Shown: positions 48,061 through 59,217, numbered from the stretch's first letter. The stretch: DNA of 64,000 nt from Pyrinomonadaceae bacterium (GCA_035761985.1 DASTQB010000206.1:14343-78342); one strand, 5' to 3'. Numbers and translations: made by a program. The notes: generated by a model not told the origin, from the sequence alone.

Positions 48061-50502
48061 ATGAACACACTACTACAGGACATTCGCTTCGGAGTGCGCA
48101 TGCTGCTCAAGTCGCCGAGCATCAGCATCGTCGCCACAATCGCACTCGCGCTTGGCATCGGAGCCAACACCGCGATATTCAGCGTCGTGAACGCGGTGCT
48201 TCTGCGCCCGTTGCCGTTTCCCGATCCGGATTCGCTTGTGGCGGTGTATGAAACTGTTCCTCAGCGCGGCATGTTGCGCGGCTCGCATTCGTATCCAAAC
48301 TTCTTCGACGTGCGCTCGCAGAATACGACCCTCGAGCGCGTCGCCTCGTATCACGGCAGCAACTTCATCATGACCGGGCGCGGTGAGCCCGTGCGATTGA
48401 TAGGCGAAGTCGTGACTGCCGATCTGTTTCCACTCCTCGGCGTCGCGCCGGCGCTGGGCCGCACATTTCACGCTGACGAAGACAAGCCCTCTGACGCACG
48501 TGTTGTCGTTCTCAGTCACGCGCTCTTCCGGGAACGTTTTGGTGAAGACCCGTCGGTGTTGAACCAGGTCATCACTCTCGATGGTCGTGGTTACACCGTC
48601 ATCGGTGTGATGCCGCCGGGCTTCGAGTTTCCGATCCAGAACGAACCGCCGCAACTATGGACCACGATCGCCATCGACGCCGCAGGGAGCGAACCCGTTA
48701 CCGACCAGCGCGGCGCGCACTTCCTGCGCGTGATCGGTCGCCTCAAACCAGGCGTAACTCACGAGCAGGCACAGGCCGAGATGGAAGCAATCGGCGCTCG
48801 CCTTGCGCAGCAATATCCCGACGAAAACACGAACAGAAGTTTGCGTATCGAATCAGCCCTTCACGCACTCGTCGGCGAGATCCGTCCGATGCTGTTGATA
48901 CTTCTCGGCTCCGTCGCCTGCGTGTTGCTCATCGCGTGTGCAAACGTCGCGAACCTGCTGCTCGCGCGTGCGACCAGCCGTCACAAAGAGATGGCGATTC
49001 GCACTGCTCTGGGTGCGAGCCGTGTGCGCGTGATCAGACAGTTGCTGACTGAAAGCGTGTTGTTGTCGCTGTGCGGCGGCGCAGTCGGTTTGTTGCTCGC
49101 TGTCTGGTGGTCTGATCTTCTGATTGCGCTCGGCAAGGACGATATTCCGCGCGCAGTCCAGGTCGGCATCGATCTGCGCGTGCTCGGATTCACGCTCGGC
49201 GTTTCTCTGCTTACAGGACTGATATTCGGACTCGCGCCTGCGTTTCATTCGTCGAAGTCTGAACTGGTCGATTCGTTGAAGGAAGGTGGCCGAGGGACGA
49301 GCGAAGGCGCGCGACGCAACAAAATGCGCAGCGTACTCGTTGTAAGTGAACTGGCAATCGCAGTCGTGCTGCTGGTTTGTGCAGGGTTGCTGCTGCAAAG
49401 CCTCTGGCGTTTGCAGGGCGTCAACAGTGGCCTGCGGCCAGAGAACATTCTTACGTTCAACGTCGGTCTGCCTGAAGTTAAGTACAAGTACGACAGGCAG
49501 ACGCAGTTTTTCATCGACTTGAAGAGCCGGCTTGAAGCGGCGCCCGGCGTCCAGGCGGCGAGCACGATCTTTCCGCTGCCTTTGAGCGGCGATCGTTTCA
49601 GTATCTCTTTTGAGATCGAAGGCCGCCCGATGGATCCGAAGGACCATCCGTCGGCCGACTTCTTCACCACAGGCGTAGGTTATTTCCGCGTGATGGGAAT
49701 TCCGATTATCAAGGGCCGCGACTTCGACGATCGCGATAAGCACGGCGCAACGCCCGTGATCATCATCACGGAGACGTTTGCTCGGCAACACTTCCCGAAC
49801 GAAGACGCGATCGGAAAACGCATCAAGCCCGGTATCTCGTCTATCGAGGGCGAAGATTCAACGATGCGCGAGATCATCGGAGTTGTCGGCGACGTTCGCA
49901 ATCGGAGTTTGAACACGGAAGCGCGCGCTGCTGACTACGTGCCGCACACGCAGATTCCATTCAGCCAGATGGTTGCGGTGGCAAAGACTACGAGCGAGCC
50001 GCGCAGCTTGATTCCGTCAGTGACCAAACTTGTCGGCGGAATGGACCAGGATGTCCCGGTCTTTGAAGTGAAAACTATGGAAGAGTACCTCGCGGCGTCG
50101 GTTGCTGCGCCGCGGTTCAGTTCGACGTTGCTTTCGATCTTTGCGGCAGTTGCGCTTGTGCTGACGGTTGTCGGGTTGTACGGCGTGATGAGTTATTCGG
50201 TGGCCCAACGCACGAACGAGATCGGGATCCGGTTAGCGCTGGGTGCGCAATCGCGCGATGTGTTGCTGATGATCGTGAAGCAGGGAGGATTGTTGATCGC
50301 GATCGGATTGGCGATCGGTCTCGCGGGAGCTTATGCCGCGACGCGGTTGTTGGCGAGCCTGCTCTTCGGGATTACGGAAAAAGATCCGTTGACGTTTGCG
50401 GCCGTCTCGGCGCTCCTCGCGCTGGTGGCGCTGCTCGCGTGCTACGTCCCTGCGTGGCGCGCAACGAAAGTCGATCCGATGGAAGCGTTGCGGTGTGAAT
50501 AA
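48061..50502 (+). CDS. ADOP-type duplicated permease, paralog 12
   Basis: 813 aa. [41 protein letters not shown]; [44 protein letters not shown]; [25 protein letters not shown]; C-term AWRATKVDPMEALRCE. Confidence 0.9.
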   Translation: MNTLLQDIRFGVRMLLKSPSISIVATIALALGIGANTAIFSVVNAVLLRPLPFPDPDSLVAVYETVPQRGMLRGSHSYPNFFDVRSQNTTLERVASYHGSNFIMTGRGEPVRLIGEVVTADLFPLLGVAPALGRTFHADEDKPSDARVVVLSHALFRERFGEDPSVLNQVITLDGRGYTVIGVMPPGFEFPIQNEPPQLWTTIAIDAAGSEPVTDQRGAHFLRVIGRLKPGVTHEQAQAEMEAIGARLAQQYPDENTNRSLRIESALHALVGEIRPMLLILLGSVACVLLIACANVANLLLARATSRHKEMAIRTALGASRVRVIRQLLTESVLLSLCGGAVGLLLAVWWSDLLIALGKDDIPRAVQVGIDLRVLGFTLGVSLLTGLIFGLAPAFHSSKSELVDSLKEGGRGTSEGARRNKMRSVLVVSELAIAVVLLVCAGLLLQSLWRLQGVNSGLRPENILTFNVGLPEVKYKYDRQTQFFIDLKSRLEAAPGVQAASTIFPLPLSGDRFSISFEIEGRPMDPKDHPSADFFTTGVGYFRVMGIPIIKGRDFDDRDKHGATPVIIITETFARQHFPNEDAIGKRIKPGISSIEGEDSTMREIIGVVGDVRNRSLNTEARAADYVPHTQIPFSQMVAVAKTTSEPRSLIPSVTKLVGGMDQDVPVFEVKTMEEYLAASVAAPRFSSTLLSIFAAVALVLTVVGLYGVMSYSVAQRTNEIGIRLALGAQSRDVLLMIVKQGGLLIAIGLAIGLAGAYAATRLLASLLFGITEKDPLTFAAVSALLALVALLACYVPAWRATKVDPMEALRCE

Positions 50503-50520
50503 GGCCGCGGATCAGCAGAA

Positions 50521-50558
50521 TAGATCCTATAGGTCCTATATGACATATAGGACCTATT
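50521..50558. repeat. Family A repeat with a perfect 13-bp-stem hairpin
   Basis: ataggtcctatat gac atataggacctat (50529-50557). Preceded by a single family B unit ccgcggatc at 50505-50513. Confidence 0.8.
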
Positions 50559-50577
50559 ACGGATTAAGGAGTGAGTG

Positions 50578-53010
50578 ATGACGACATTGCTGGCTGATGT
50601 TCGTTTCGGCATACGGATGCTGCTGAAGAGCCCGATGATGACGTTCATCGCGCTGCTCGCGCTCATGCTCGGTATCGGTGCAAACACCGCGATCTTCAGC
50701 GTCGTCAACGGCGTGCTGCTGCGATCGTTTCCTTACACCGACGCCGAACAACTCGTGCTCGTGTGGGAGAAGCGACAGGGCGGCCGCACGGATCAGAACG
50801 TGATCAACCTCGGTAACTTCTCCGACTGGAAAGAGCAGAACCAGGTCTTCAGCGACATGGCCGTCTTCTTCGATCGCACGTTCAACCTCACGAGCGACGG
50901 CGAGCCCGAGGAAGTGCCCGGACAACTCGGCACCACGAATCTTTTCTCCGTCCTCGGCACCAACGCGATCATGGGCCGCACATTTGCGGAAAACGATGGC
51001 GCCGCAGATCAGCCGCTCGTCATCGTGATCAGTCACGGCCTCTGGCAGCGACGTTTCGGCGCGGATCCAAACATCATCGGCCGCAAGATCACACTCAGCG
51101 AAGAACCCGCCACGATCATCGGCGTCATGCCTGCGAATTTCGGCTGGCACATTCAAAGAGGAACGCAGGCCACGAAACCCGCCGACATCTGGATCCCCTG
51201 GCAGATCACAAACCAGATGAGACAACGGCGCGGCCGTTTCGCGTCTGCTGTCGCGCGCATGAAACCCGGCGTCACGAGAGAGCAGGCGCAACGTGAAATG
51301 GACACGATCGGCGTTCGCCTGGCCCAGCAGTATCCGGAGTTCAACACAAACTGGGGCATCAACGTCGTTCCGTTGCGCACACAGTTCACCGGTCAAATCA
51401 GGCGACCGCTATTGATTCTTCTGGGAGCTGTCGGTTTCGTGCTGCTGATCGCATGTGCAAACGTTGCGAACCTTTTGCTCGCGCGTGCGAGCGCGAGACG
51501 CAAGGAAATTGCGGTTCGCGCAGGACTCGGCGCGAGTCGCTGGCGTATTGCGCGGCAGTTGCTAACTGAGAGCGTGCTGCTTTCGCTGATCGGTGGCGTG
51601 CTTGGCGTGCTCGTCGCCTGGTGGGGAACGAAAGCGCTCGTCGGATTGAGTCCACCGGCATTGATGGACCTCAGGCAAGTGGGCGTCAGTTTGCCCGTGC
51701 TTGGTTTTACGTTTGGCCTGTCGTTGCTCACCGGGATCATCTTCGGACTCGTTCCCGCGCTCGTAGCGACGCGCTTCGATCTTCACGATTCACTCAAAGA
51801 TGGCGGCAAAGGCGTTGGCGGCGGCGCGGGTAGTCATCGTGTGAGAAATCTTTTCGTGGTGACGCAGGTCGCACTCGCGCTCGTATTGCTCGTCGGCGCC
51901 GGCTTGCTGATGAGGAGTTTCAGTCGTTTGCAGTCAGTTGATCCGGGTTTCAAACAAGACAACCTGCTGACGATGCGCGTGAGTTTGCCTGTCGGTAAAT
52001 ACGAGACCGACCAGAAGCGCCTCGACTTCTTCAAACGCGCAATGGATCAGATGAAAACGATTCCCGGTGTGGAATCCGTGGGCGCGGTCAACACTCCGCC
52101 GTTCACGGGTCTTTATTCAGGGACGACTGTTGACGTCGATGGTGTGAAGTTGCCGCCGGATCGGGAGTTGAAGACCGGCATCGTGGTCACTGACGTCAAC
52201 TATTTTCAGACGATGCAGATTCCGTTAAGGCAGGGCCGGCTTTACACCGAGCAGGAAGCGTCGGAGATGCGTCATGTGGTGCTTGTGAACGAGACGTTTG
52301 TTCGCAAGAACCTCAACGGTCAAAACCCGCTCGGCCGGAAACTCACGATCTACATGAAACAGGAGAACGTGCCGACAGAGATCATCGGCGTCGTTGCGGA
52401 TCACAAGCATCTCGGACTCGACGTCGAGATCGAGCCGGTGGCTTACTGGCCGCATCCTGAGCTGGTCTATCCGGGCATGACGTTGATGTTGCGCACGCGA
52501 GGAGATGCGGGCGCTGTCGGTCCGGCTGCGCGCAACGTGATTCGTTCGCTCGATCCGCTGCAACCGATCGGCGAAGTCACCACGATGGAGAAATTGCTCG
52601 CAACGTCGGTTGCGAGATCGCGTTTTATTGCATCGCTGTTGACGGTCTTTTCGTTTGTTGCGCTCGTAATGGCGGCGGTCGGGATCTACGGCGTCATGTC
52701 GTACACCGTTCTGCAACGCACGCATGAGATCGGTGTACGAATGGCGCTCGGCGCGCAGCGTTTTGACGTGCTCAAGCTCGTCGTGAAGAAGGGAATCGTG
52801 CTCGGGCTGATCGGGATTGCTGCCGGACTCGCGGCGTCGTTTTACCTGACGCGGCTGATCTCGACGTTGCTGTTTGAAGTTACTGCGACTGATGCGGTGA
52901 CGTTCAGTGCTGTGTCGGTTGGGTTGTTCCTGGTGACGTTGATCGCGTGTTACGTGCCTGCTCGCAGGGCTACACGCGTAGATCCACTCAAAGCCCTCAG
53001 GTACGAATAG
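50578..53010 (+). CDS. ADOP-type duplicated permease, paralog 13
   Basis: 810 aa from ATG 50578 (AAGGAG 6 nt upstream; the track start GTG 50575 is one codon earlier). [41 protein letters not shown]; [44 protein letters not shown]; GIYGVMSYTVLQRTHEIGVRMALGA; C-term ARRATRVDPLKALRYE. Confidence 0.9.
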   Translation: MTTLLADVRFGIRMLLKSPMMTFIALLALMLGIGANTAIFSVVNGVLLRSFPYTDAEQLVLVWEKRQGGRTDQNVINLGNFSDWKEQNQVFSDMAVFFDRTFNLTSDGEPEEVPGQLGTTNLFSVLGTNAIMGRTFAENDGAADQPLVIVISHGLWQRRFGADPNIIGRKITLSEEPATIIGVMPANFGWHIQRGTQATKPADIWIPWQITNQMRQRRGRFASAVARMKPGVTREQAQREMDTIGVRLAQQYPEFNTNWGINVVPLRTQFTGQIRRPLLILLGAVGFVLLIACANVANLLLARASARRKEIAVRAGLGASRWRIARQLLTESVLLSLIGGVLGVLVAWWGTKALVGLSPPALMDLRQVGVSLPVLGFTFGLSLLTGIIFGLVPALVATRFDLHDSLKDGGKGVGGGAGSHRVRNLFVVTQVALALVLLVGAGLLMRSFSRLQSVDPGFKQDNLLTMRVSLPVGKYETDQKRLDFFKRAMDQMKTIPGVESVGAVNTPPFTGLYSGTTVDVDGVKLPPDRELKTGIVVTDVNYFQTMQIPLRQGRLYTEQEASEMRHVVLVNETFVRKNLNGQNPLGRKLTIYMKQENVPTEIIGVVADHKHLGLDVEIEPVAYWPHPELVYPGMTLMLRTRGDAGAVGPAARNVIRSLDPLQPIGEVTTMEKLLATSVARSRFIASLLTVFSFVALVMAAVGIYGVMSYTVLQRTHEIGVRMALGAQRFDVLKLVVKKGIVLGLIGIAAGLAASFYLTRLISTLLFEVTATDAVTFSAVSVGLFLVTLIACYVPARRATRVDPLKALRYE

Positions 53011-53050
53011 CACGGATAAACGCGGATCTTTAACACGGATTTACGCAGAT
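53011..53050. repeat. Family B repeat (four units)
   Basis: cacggat aaacgcggat ctttaacacggat ttacgcagat. Confidence 0.75.
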
Positions 53051-53060
53051 AGGAGATTTT

Positions 53061-54125
53061 ATGAAGTTGCTCAGACAGTCAATTAAGCCTCGCGTCTTAT
53101 GGTTGCTTGCGTCGTTGGCGGCTTTGTTGATCTCTGCGCCGCAGCCGTGGCTGTACGGGCAGAAGCCTCACGATGAAAAGCAGAGCGTTACGAGATGGAT
53201 CAACCAGGACGATGATCACAAGCGCAGTCTGGAGATACGAGGGAAGGCTGAGTTCAACGACGATTACACAGACGTTGTAAGTGTCACCGAAGGTGGTTTT
53301 GTGATCGTTGAGGAGCAGCGCGGGCGAGAGTCGCAGCGTTACGAAGTGCGGCGAGATATGGGCGGGCAGTTGACGCGCGTCTTTTACGTGAACGGCGCCG
53401 CGGCTCAGATGGACCAGACGGCGAAGCGATGGGTCGCCGAGCTTGTGCTCAATGCAGTGCGGCAGGGCGGGATTGATACCGAGAAGCGCGTGACCCGGAT
53501 TCTTGCGCAACGCGGCGTTCCGGGCGTGCTTGCTGAAATCGAGCAGATCAAGGGCGACTGGGCCAAGCGTCGTTACTACGAAACGCTCATCAAGCAGGCA
53601 GACCTCGATGCGAATGCTCTGCGCGACGTGTTGCGACAGGCCGGAGGCGCCATGTCTTCCGATTACGAAAAGTCGCAGTTGCTGATCGGGATCGCGCCGA
53701 TGCTCACGGGCAAAGAGGCCGCCATTCAGCCGTTCTTCGATGCTGTTGCGACGATCAGTTCTGACTACGAACACGGTCGCGTGCTGAAGTCGGTGATGAA
53801 GAAGGAGACTCCGAGTAGTGCAGTGCTCGTGCTCATTGCTGCGTCGAGCAAAAACATGTCGTCTGACTACGAGCGTCGTGGTGTTTTGAGTGCGCTCGTG
53901 AAGACGAAGAACCAGAGTGAAGAAGTTTTGAAACTGTTGCTCGACTCGGCGGCGGCGATGTCGTCTGACTACGAAAAAGCTACGCTGCTCGTCGAGGTGT
54001 CGAACGTCTACACGGGCGACACGCGTTTGAAGAGCGCGTTTTTGAAAGTGGTGGAATCGATCAAGTCTGATTACGAACGCGGGCGGGTGTTGTCGGCGCT
54101 GTTGAAGAATAAACAGATAGGGTAA
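53061..54125 (+). CDS. Secreted/periplasmic protein of unknown function with about six ~35-aa helical 'SSDYE[KR]' repeats
   Basis: 354 aa. AGGAG 6 nt upstream. N-terminal hydrophobic signal-like segment VLWLLASLAALLISAP. Repeats: IKGDWAKRRYYETL, MSSDYEKSQLLIGI, ISSDYEHGRVLKSV, MSSDYERRGVLSAL, MSSDYEKATLLVEV, IKSDYERGRVLSAL. No family assignment possible by eye. Confidence 0.7.
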   Translation: MKLLRQSIKPRVLWLLASLAALLISAPQPWLYGQKPHDEKQSVTRWINQDDDHKRSLEIRGKAEFNDDYTDVVSVTEGGFVIVEEQRGRESQRYEVRRDMGGQLTRVFYVNGAAAQMDQTAKRWVAELVLNAVRQGGIDTEKRVTRILAQRGVPGVLAEIEQIKGDWAKRRYYETLIKQADLDANALRDVLRQAGGAMSSDYEKSQLLIGIAPMLTGKEAAIQPFFDAVATISSDYEHGRVLKSVMKKETPSSAVLVLIAASSKNMSSDYERRGVLSALVKTKNQSEEVLKLLLDSAAAMSSDYEKATLLVEVSNVYTGDTRLKSAFLKVVESIKSDYERGRVLSALLKNKQIG

Positions 54126-54166
54126 CCGCGGATTAGGCGGATCTTTCGAAACCGATCGACACGGAT
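54126..54166. repeat. Family B repeat (four units)
   Basis: ccgcggat taggcggat ctttcgaaaccgat cgacacggat. Confidence 0.7.
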
Positions 54167-54174
54167 GAAAACTT

Positions 54175-56637
54175 ATGGACAACTTGATTAAAGACGTGCG
54201 CTATGGCGTGCGGATGTTGACGAAGAATCCCGGTGTCACGCTTGTTGCCGTCGTGACGCTCGCGCTCGGCATTGGTGCAAACACCGCGATCTTCAGTGCT
54301 GTGAATGCATTTCTGATGCGCCCGCTCGCTGTGCCGAATGCGCACGAACTCGTCCGGCCCATGGAGATCACGGAAGACCGCGACATCGCGGACGAGATGT
54401 CGTATCCGGATTTTCTCGACTATCGCAACCAGGCAACGTCGTTCGTCGCCCTCTCTGCCGAAGACATGATCCAGGCCGCGATCAGTTCCGAAAACCAGAA
54501 CGACGTGATCTGGGGACAGGTGGTTTCCGCCAACTACTTCGACATGCTCCAGGTGCAACCGATCATGGGCCGTGCGTTTCACCCGGACGAAGACAAGGCG
54601 GTCGGCGCCGGTGCCGTCGTCGTGTTGGGCTACAGCTTCTGGCAACGACGCATGGGCAGCGATCCGAACATCGTCGGCAAGACGGTCTCTCTCAACAATC
54701 GCGCGTACGAAGTGATCGGCGTTGCTCCTGATTATTTTCATGGGTCGAAGTTCGCGCTGTCGATGGACTTCTGGGTGCCGATCTCGATGGCCGAAGACCT
54801 TCGTCGCAATCCAAAACTACTCGCAGATCGTGGCAGCCACTGGATGAACGTTCTGGGCCGGCTCAAGCCGGGTGTTTCAATTGACCAGGCGTCGGCTGAA
54901 CTCGCCGCAATCGCCGCGCGCATGAACCAGGCTTATCCGGACAATCGCGCTAACAGCACCCGCGCGAAGGTGATGGGCGAGGTCGAGGGCCGCTTTGAAG
55001 ACATGGGCGGCGTGTTCCGAAGCGCCGGAGCGATCGCGATGGCGATCGCAGCGTTGATTCTCCTGATCGCGTGCGCAAACGTCGCGAACCTCATGCTCGC
55101 GAGAGCTGCCGCGCGTCGCAAGGAGATCGGCATACGTCTGGCCCTCGGCGCGAATCGTGCGCGCTTGATCCGTCAACTGTTGACCGAAAGTCTTTTACTC
55201 TCAATTGTGGGTGGCGCGCTCGGACTGCTACTCGCTTTCTGGGTCAGCGATCTGATGCAGGGCTTCGTTCCGGTTCTCGAGTACAACATCGTCGACAATT
55301 TCTTTGCACTCGATCACCGCGCGCTCGTGTTCACACTTGTTATCTCGCTCGCCACGGGCCTCGTGTTCGGGCTAGCTCCCGCGTGGCAATCGTCGAATCC
55401 GGACGTTGTGCCTGTGTTGAAAGGCGATCCGGAAGGGGCGCAAAGAGGGAAGCGAAGAGCGTTTGGTTTGCGCAACAGCCTGGTCGTCGCGCAGGTCGCG
55501 CTTTCGCTCGTGGTGCTGGTTTGCGGAGGGCTGTTCATCAAGAGTTTTCGCAAAGCACAGACGATGGATCCGGGTTTCGACAATCCGAAGGGGTTGATCG
55601 TCTCGCTGAGTCCGCAGTTGATCGGTTACGACGACGAGCAGACACGGAATTTTTATCGACAGGTTGTCGAACGTGTTTCGCACGTGCCGGGAGTTGAAGC
55701 TGCCGGCTTCGCGCGAACGCTGCCGCTCGGAGACAGTTCCAACTCGAATGGCCCAATACTCAAAGAAGGCGAGACGCTCGCACGTGGAAGTGCCGGGCGC
55801 GTCATCATGACGAACATTGTTAGTCCCGGCTTCTTCGAGGCGATGCAGATCCCGATCGTCGAGGGTCGAAACTTCGACGATCGAGATCACCTGAAATCAC
55901 AACGCGTGGTGATCGTGAACCAGAGGATGGCCCAGATGCTCTGGCCGGGTGAGAGTGCCGTGGGCAAACGGATCTTTATCGGCGCTGAGAGCCGGGATGC
56001 GCTGGAAGTTGTGGGCGTGGCGAAGCAGGGGAAATATCGAGCGCTCGCCGAGGATCCAAGGCCGTTCTTTTATTACCCTCTGGGCCAGCGACGGCCGAGC
56101 ACGATGGCGCTCGTGATGCGCGCGAATGTCGATCCGGGCAGTCTGGTTGGTGCGATTCGCAGCGAAGTGCAGGCACTCGATCGCCGTGTGCCCGTGTTTG
56201 GCGTTAAGACGATGGACCAGCACAAGACGTATGCGTTGTGGGCGCCGAATATGGCCGCGAGTTTTTCGCTCGCGTTTGGAGTGCTGGCGATCCTGTTGAG
56301 CGCGGTCGGGCTTTACAGCGTGATGGCTTACATCGTTTCGCAGCGCACGCGTGAGGTTGGGATTCGGATGGCGCTGGGCGCGGATCGTGCTGATGTGATG
56401 AAGATGATCACGCAGCAGGGGATGAGGCTTGCGGCTGTCGGGCTTGGGATCGGGTTGGTGTTGTCGCTGGCACTCGCGCAGGTGTTGTCGTCGCTGCTGA
56501 TTGGTGTGAGCGGGTATGACGTGACGACGTTTATCGTCGTGCCGGTGTTGCTGGCCGCGGTTGCGCTGGTGGCGTGTTATCTGCCGGCGCGCCGCGCTAC
56601 AAAGGTCAATCCCCTCGTGGCGCTTCGCTATGAATGA
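54175..56637 (+). CDS. ADOP-type duplicated permease, paralog 14
   Basis: 820 aa. [41 protein letters not shown]; [44 protein letters not shown]; [25 protein letters not shown]; C-term [16 protein letters not shown]. Confidence 0.9.
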   Translation: MDNLIKDVRYGVRMLTKNPGVTLVAVVTLALGIGANTAIFSAVNAFLMRPLAVPNAHELVRPMEITEDRDIADEMSYPDFLDYRNQATSFVALSAEDMIQAAISSENQNDVIWGQVVSANYFDMLQVQPIMGRAFHPDEDKAVGAGAVVVLGYSFWQRRMGSDPNIVGKTVSLNNRAYEVIGVAPDYFHGSKFALSMDFWVPISMAEDLRRNPKLLADRGSHWMNVLGRLKPGVSIDQASAELAAIAARMNQAYPDNRANSTRAKVMGEVEGRFEDMGGVFRSAGAIAMAIAALILLIACANVANLMLARAAARRKEIGIRLALGANRARLIRQLLTESLLLSIVGGALGLLLAFWVSDLMQGFVPVLEYNIVDNFFALDHRALVFTLVISLATGLVFGLAPAWQSSNPDVVPVLKGDPEGAQRGKRRAFGLRNSLVVAQVALSLVVLVCGGLFIKSFRKAQTMDPGFDNPKGLIVSLSPQLIGYDDEQTRNFYRQVVERVSHVPGVEAAGFARTLPLGDSSNSNGPILKEGETLARGSAGRVIMTNIVSPGFFEAMQIPIVEGRNFDDRDHLKSQRVVIVNQRMAQMLWPGESAVGKRIFIGAESRDALEVVGVAKQGKYRALAEDPRPFFYYPLGQRRPSTMALVMRANVDPGSLVGAIRSEVQALDRRVPVFGVKTMDQHKTYALWAPNMAASFSLAFGVLAILLSAVGLYSVMAYIVSQRTREVGIRMALGADRADVMKMITQQGMRLAAVGLGIGLVLSLALAQVLSSLLIGVSGYDVTTFIVVPVLLAAVALVACYLPARRATKVNPLVALRYE

Positions 56638-56643
56638 GTTTTA

Positions 56644-56703
56644 GCCACAGATTTACGCGAATAAACACGGATTGATCTGTGTTCATCTGCGTAGATCCGC
56701 GGC
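56644..56703. repeat. Family B palindromic repeat element
   Basis: gccacagat ttacgcgaat aaacacggat tgatctgtg ttcatctgcg tagatccgcggc. Left-arm units are mirrored as reverse complements in the right arm. Confidence 0.75.
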
Positions 56704-56715
56704 GGAGATTTTTTT

Positions 56716-59217
56716 ATGGATTCGATCATCAAAGACATTCGATATGGCATCCGGAGCCTTCTAAAGCGGCCGGGATTCACCGCGATCGCGGTGCTCACGC
56801 TCGCGCTCGGCATCGGCGCGAATACAGCAATCTTCAGCGCGGTCAACGCGACGTTGATGCGCCCGCTGCCCGTCAGAGATCCCGATCGATTGCTCTTCGT
56901 CTTCAATGGACCAGCAGGCAATGTTTTCTCCTACCCCGACTACACTGCATATCGCGATCACAACACCGTCTTCGACGGCATGCTCGCGTTTGGCGGCATC
57001 ACAGCGAGTCTCAACAGCGACGATCAAACGGATCTCGTAGCCGGTGCAATCGTCTCCGGGAATTTCTTCGACGTGCTCGGCGTGCGCGCACAGCTCGGAC
57101 GCGTCATCACCCCCGACGACGACAAGGTCCCGGGCGCGCATCCGGTCGCCGTCATCAGCCACGGCCTCTGGCAACGTCGCTTCGGCGCCGATCCAAACAT
57201 ACTCGGCCGCCAGCTACTGCTAAACGGACATAACTTCACGATCATCGGCGTGCTTCCCGCCGGTTTCGACGGGCTGCAACTCGGCGTCGTACGCGATCTC
57301 TACGTGCCCATGATGCAGCAGGCCACCATGCGACCGCCGCGCGCCGGATACTCGGGCGAGATGAATCCCGACCTCCTGCAAGTGCGTGGCAATCGCTGGC
57401 TCTTCACCGTCGGCAGGATGAAGCCGGGTGTCACTCCCGAACAGGCGCAAGCCTCGCTCGCACTGATTGCGAAACAACTGGAAGAGGCTTATCCAAAAAT
57501 AAACCGCAACCGCGGTGTTTCCGTTTATGCGTTCAGCGAAAGCGATAATCCTTCGAATCGACAACAACTCTCGTCAGTCGCGCGTCTGCTGATGGCTGTG
57601 GTCGGCATCGTGCTTCTGATCGCATGTGCCAACGTCGCCAACCTCCTGCTCGCGCGCAGTTCGGCACGTACAAAAGAGATCGCCGTACGTCTCGCGATCG
57701 GCGCAACGCGCTGGCGCGTCGTTCGTCAACTACTTACCGAAGGCATATTGCTCGCAACGATCGGTGGCGGTGCCGGATTGCTGCTCGCATGGTGGGCCAC
57801 GAGATCACTGCGTGCCGCGCCACCTCCACAGGGTTCGCTACTGATCACGCCACAGTTCTCGATCGACACGCGTGTGCTCCTGTTCACGCTTGGATTGTCG
57901 CTCCTCGCCGGCGTGGTCTTCGGACTCGCACCCGCCTTGCGCGCTTCGCGCCCGGCACTGATTCCCGCGTTGAAAGACGACGCCGCAGCGTTCTTCGAAC
58001 GAACTCGAACGTTTGGTCTTCGCAACCTGCTCGTCGTGGTCCAGGTGGCACTTTCAGTCGTGCTGCTTATTGCAGCGGGACTTTTCCTCCGCAGTTTGCA
58101 ACAGGCGCAGACGATCGATCCGGGCTTTGATGCGGAGAAAGTCGTCACGCTCCCGCTCAACATCAATCTTCTTCGTTACACAAAAACGCAGGGCCGTGAA
58201 TTCTACCGGCAGGTCATCGAACGTGTTGAAGCGATTCCCGGAGTCGAATCTGCAAGCCTCGCACGCATCGCTGCGGTCAGCGGCGGTTCATCCGTTCGCA
58301 GTCTATTGATTGAAGGACGCGCCGGTTCCGGAAATCAATTTCGCAGCGATGGGGCAGGTGCGGCTCCGGGAGACAATGAGTCCGTGAGCTCGAATGTCGT
58401 TGGTCCAAAGTACTTTCAGACCATGGGCATCGGGTTGTTGCAGGGTCGCGATTTCAACGCACAGGACGCGGAAAATCATCCGCTCGTCGTGATCGTCAAC
58501 GAAGCATTCGTGCGCGTTCATTTTTCATCGGAAAATCCGGTGGGCAAGCGTTTGAGTTTTGGTGGTCCGGAAGGGCCCTGGCGCGAGATCGTCGGCGTGG
58601 TGCGCACGAGCAAGTACTTCAGTGTCGGCGAAGCGCCGACGCCGGTCGCTTACGTGCCCCTCGCGCAGAACCACGAAACGGGCATGACGCTGCACGTGCG
58701 GACGGCGGTTGATCCTTCGACAGTCGCGGGCGCGATTCGTAACGAAACACAATCGCTCGAAAAGAACCTTCCGCTCGTTCCACCTGAACTCATGAGCGAT
58801 CGTATTAACAATTCGCTTTACGCGGCGCGCATGGGTGCGATCCTGCTGGCGGTGTTTGGTGGCCTGGCGTTGTTGCTGGCGTCAATCGGGTTGTATGGCG
58901 TGATGGCGTTTGCAGTTTCGAGACGCACGCGAGAACTCGGCATACGCGTGGCGCTCGGCGCGAAGCCGCGTGATGTTTTCGGGCTCGTGTTGAGGCAAGG
59001 GATGACGCTGGTGATTGCGGGGTTGTTCGTGGGGTTGGTGGTGGCGGCGATAGTGACGCGATTGCTGGCGAGTTTTCTTTACGGTGTGAGCACGACGGAT
59101 GCGTTGACGTTCACGGCGATTCCGGTGCTGTTGGCGCTTGTGGCTTTGCTCGCGTGTTATTTGCCGGCGCGAAGGGCCACAAAGGTCGAACCGCTCGTGG
59201 CGCTGCGTTATGAATAG
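56716..59217 (+). CDS. ADOP-type duplicated permease, paralog 15
   Basis: 833 aa. [41 protein letters not shown]; [44 protein letters not shown]; [25 protein letters not shown]; C-term [16 protein letters not shown]. Confidence 0.9.
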   Translation: MDSIIKDIRYGIRSLLKRPGFTAIAVLTLALGIGANTAIFSAVNATLMRPLPVRDPDRLLFVFNGPAGNVFSYPDYTAYRDHNTVFDGMLAFGGITASLNSDDQTDLVAGAIVSGNFFDVLGVRAQLGRVITPDDDKVPGAHPVAVISHGLWQRRFGADPNILGRQLLLNGHNFTIIGVLPAGFDGLQLGVVRDLYVPMMQQATMRPPRAGYSGEMNPDLLQVRGNRWLFTVGRMKPGVTPEQAQASLALIAKQLEEAYPKINRNRGVSVYAFSESDNPSNRQQLSSVARLLMAVVGIVLLIACANVANLLLARSSARTKEIAVRLAIGATRWRVVRQLLTEGILLATIGGGAGLLLAWWATRSLRAAPPPQGSLLITPQFSIDTRVLLFTLGLSLLAGVVFGLAPALRASRPALIPALKDDAAAFFERTRTFGLRNLLVVVQVALSVVLLIAAGLFLRSLQQAQTIDPGFDAEKVVTLPLNINLLRYTKTQGREFYRQVIERVEAIPGVESASLARIAAVSGGSSVRSLLIEGRAGSGNQFRSDGAGAAPGDNESVSSNVVGPKYFQTMGIGLLQGRDFNAQDAENHPLVVIVNEAFVRVHFSSENPVGKRLSFGGPEGPWREIVGVVRTSKYFSVGEAPTPVAYVPLAQNHETGMTLHVRTAVDPSTVAGAIRNETQSLEKNLPLVPPELMSDRINNSLYAARMGAILLAVFGGLALLLASIGLYGVMAFAVSRRTRELGIRVALGAKPRDVFGLVLRQGMTLVIAGLFVGLVVAAIVTRLLASFLYGVSTTDALTFTAIPVLLALVALLACYLPARRATKVEPLVALRYE

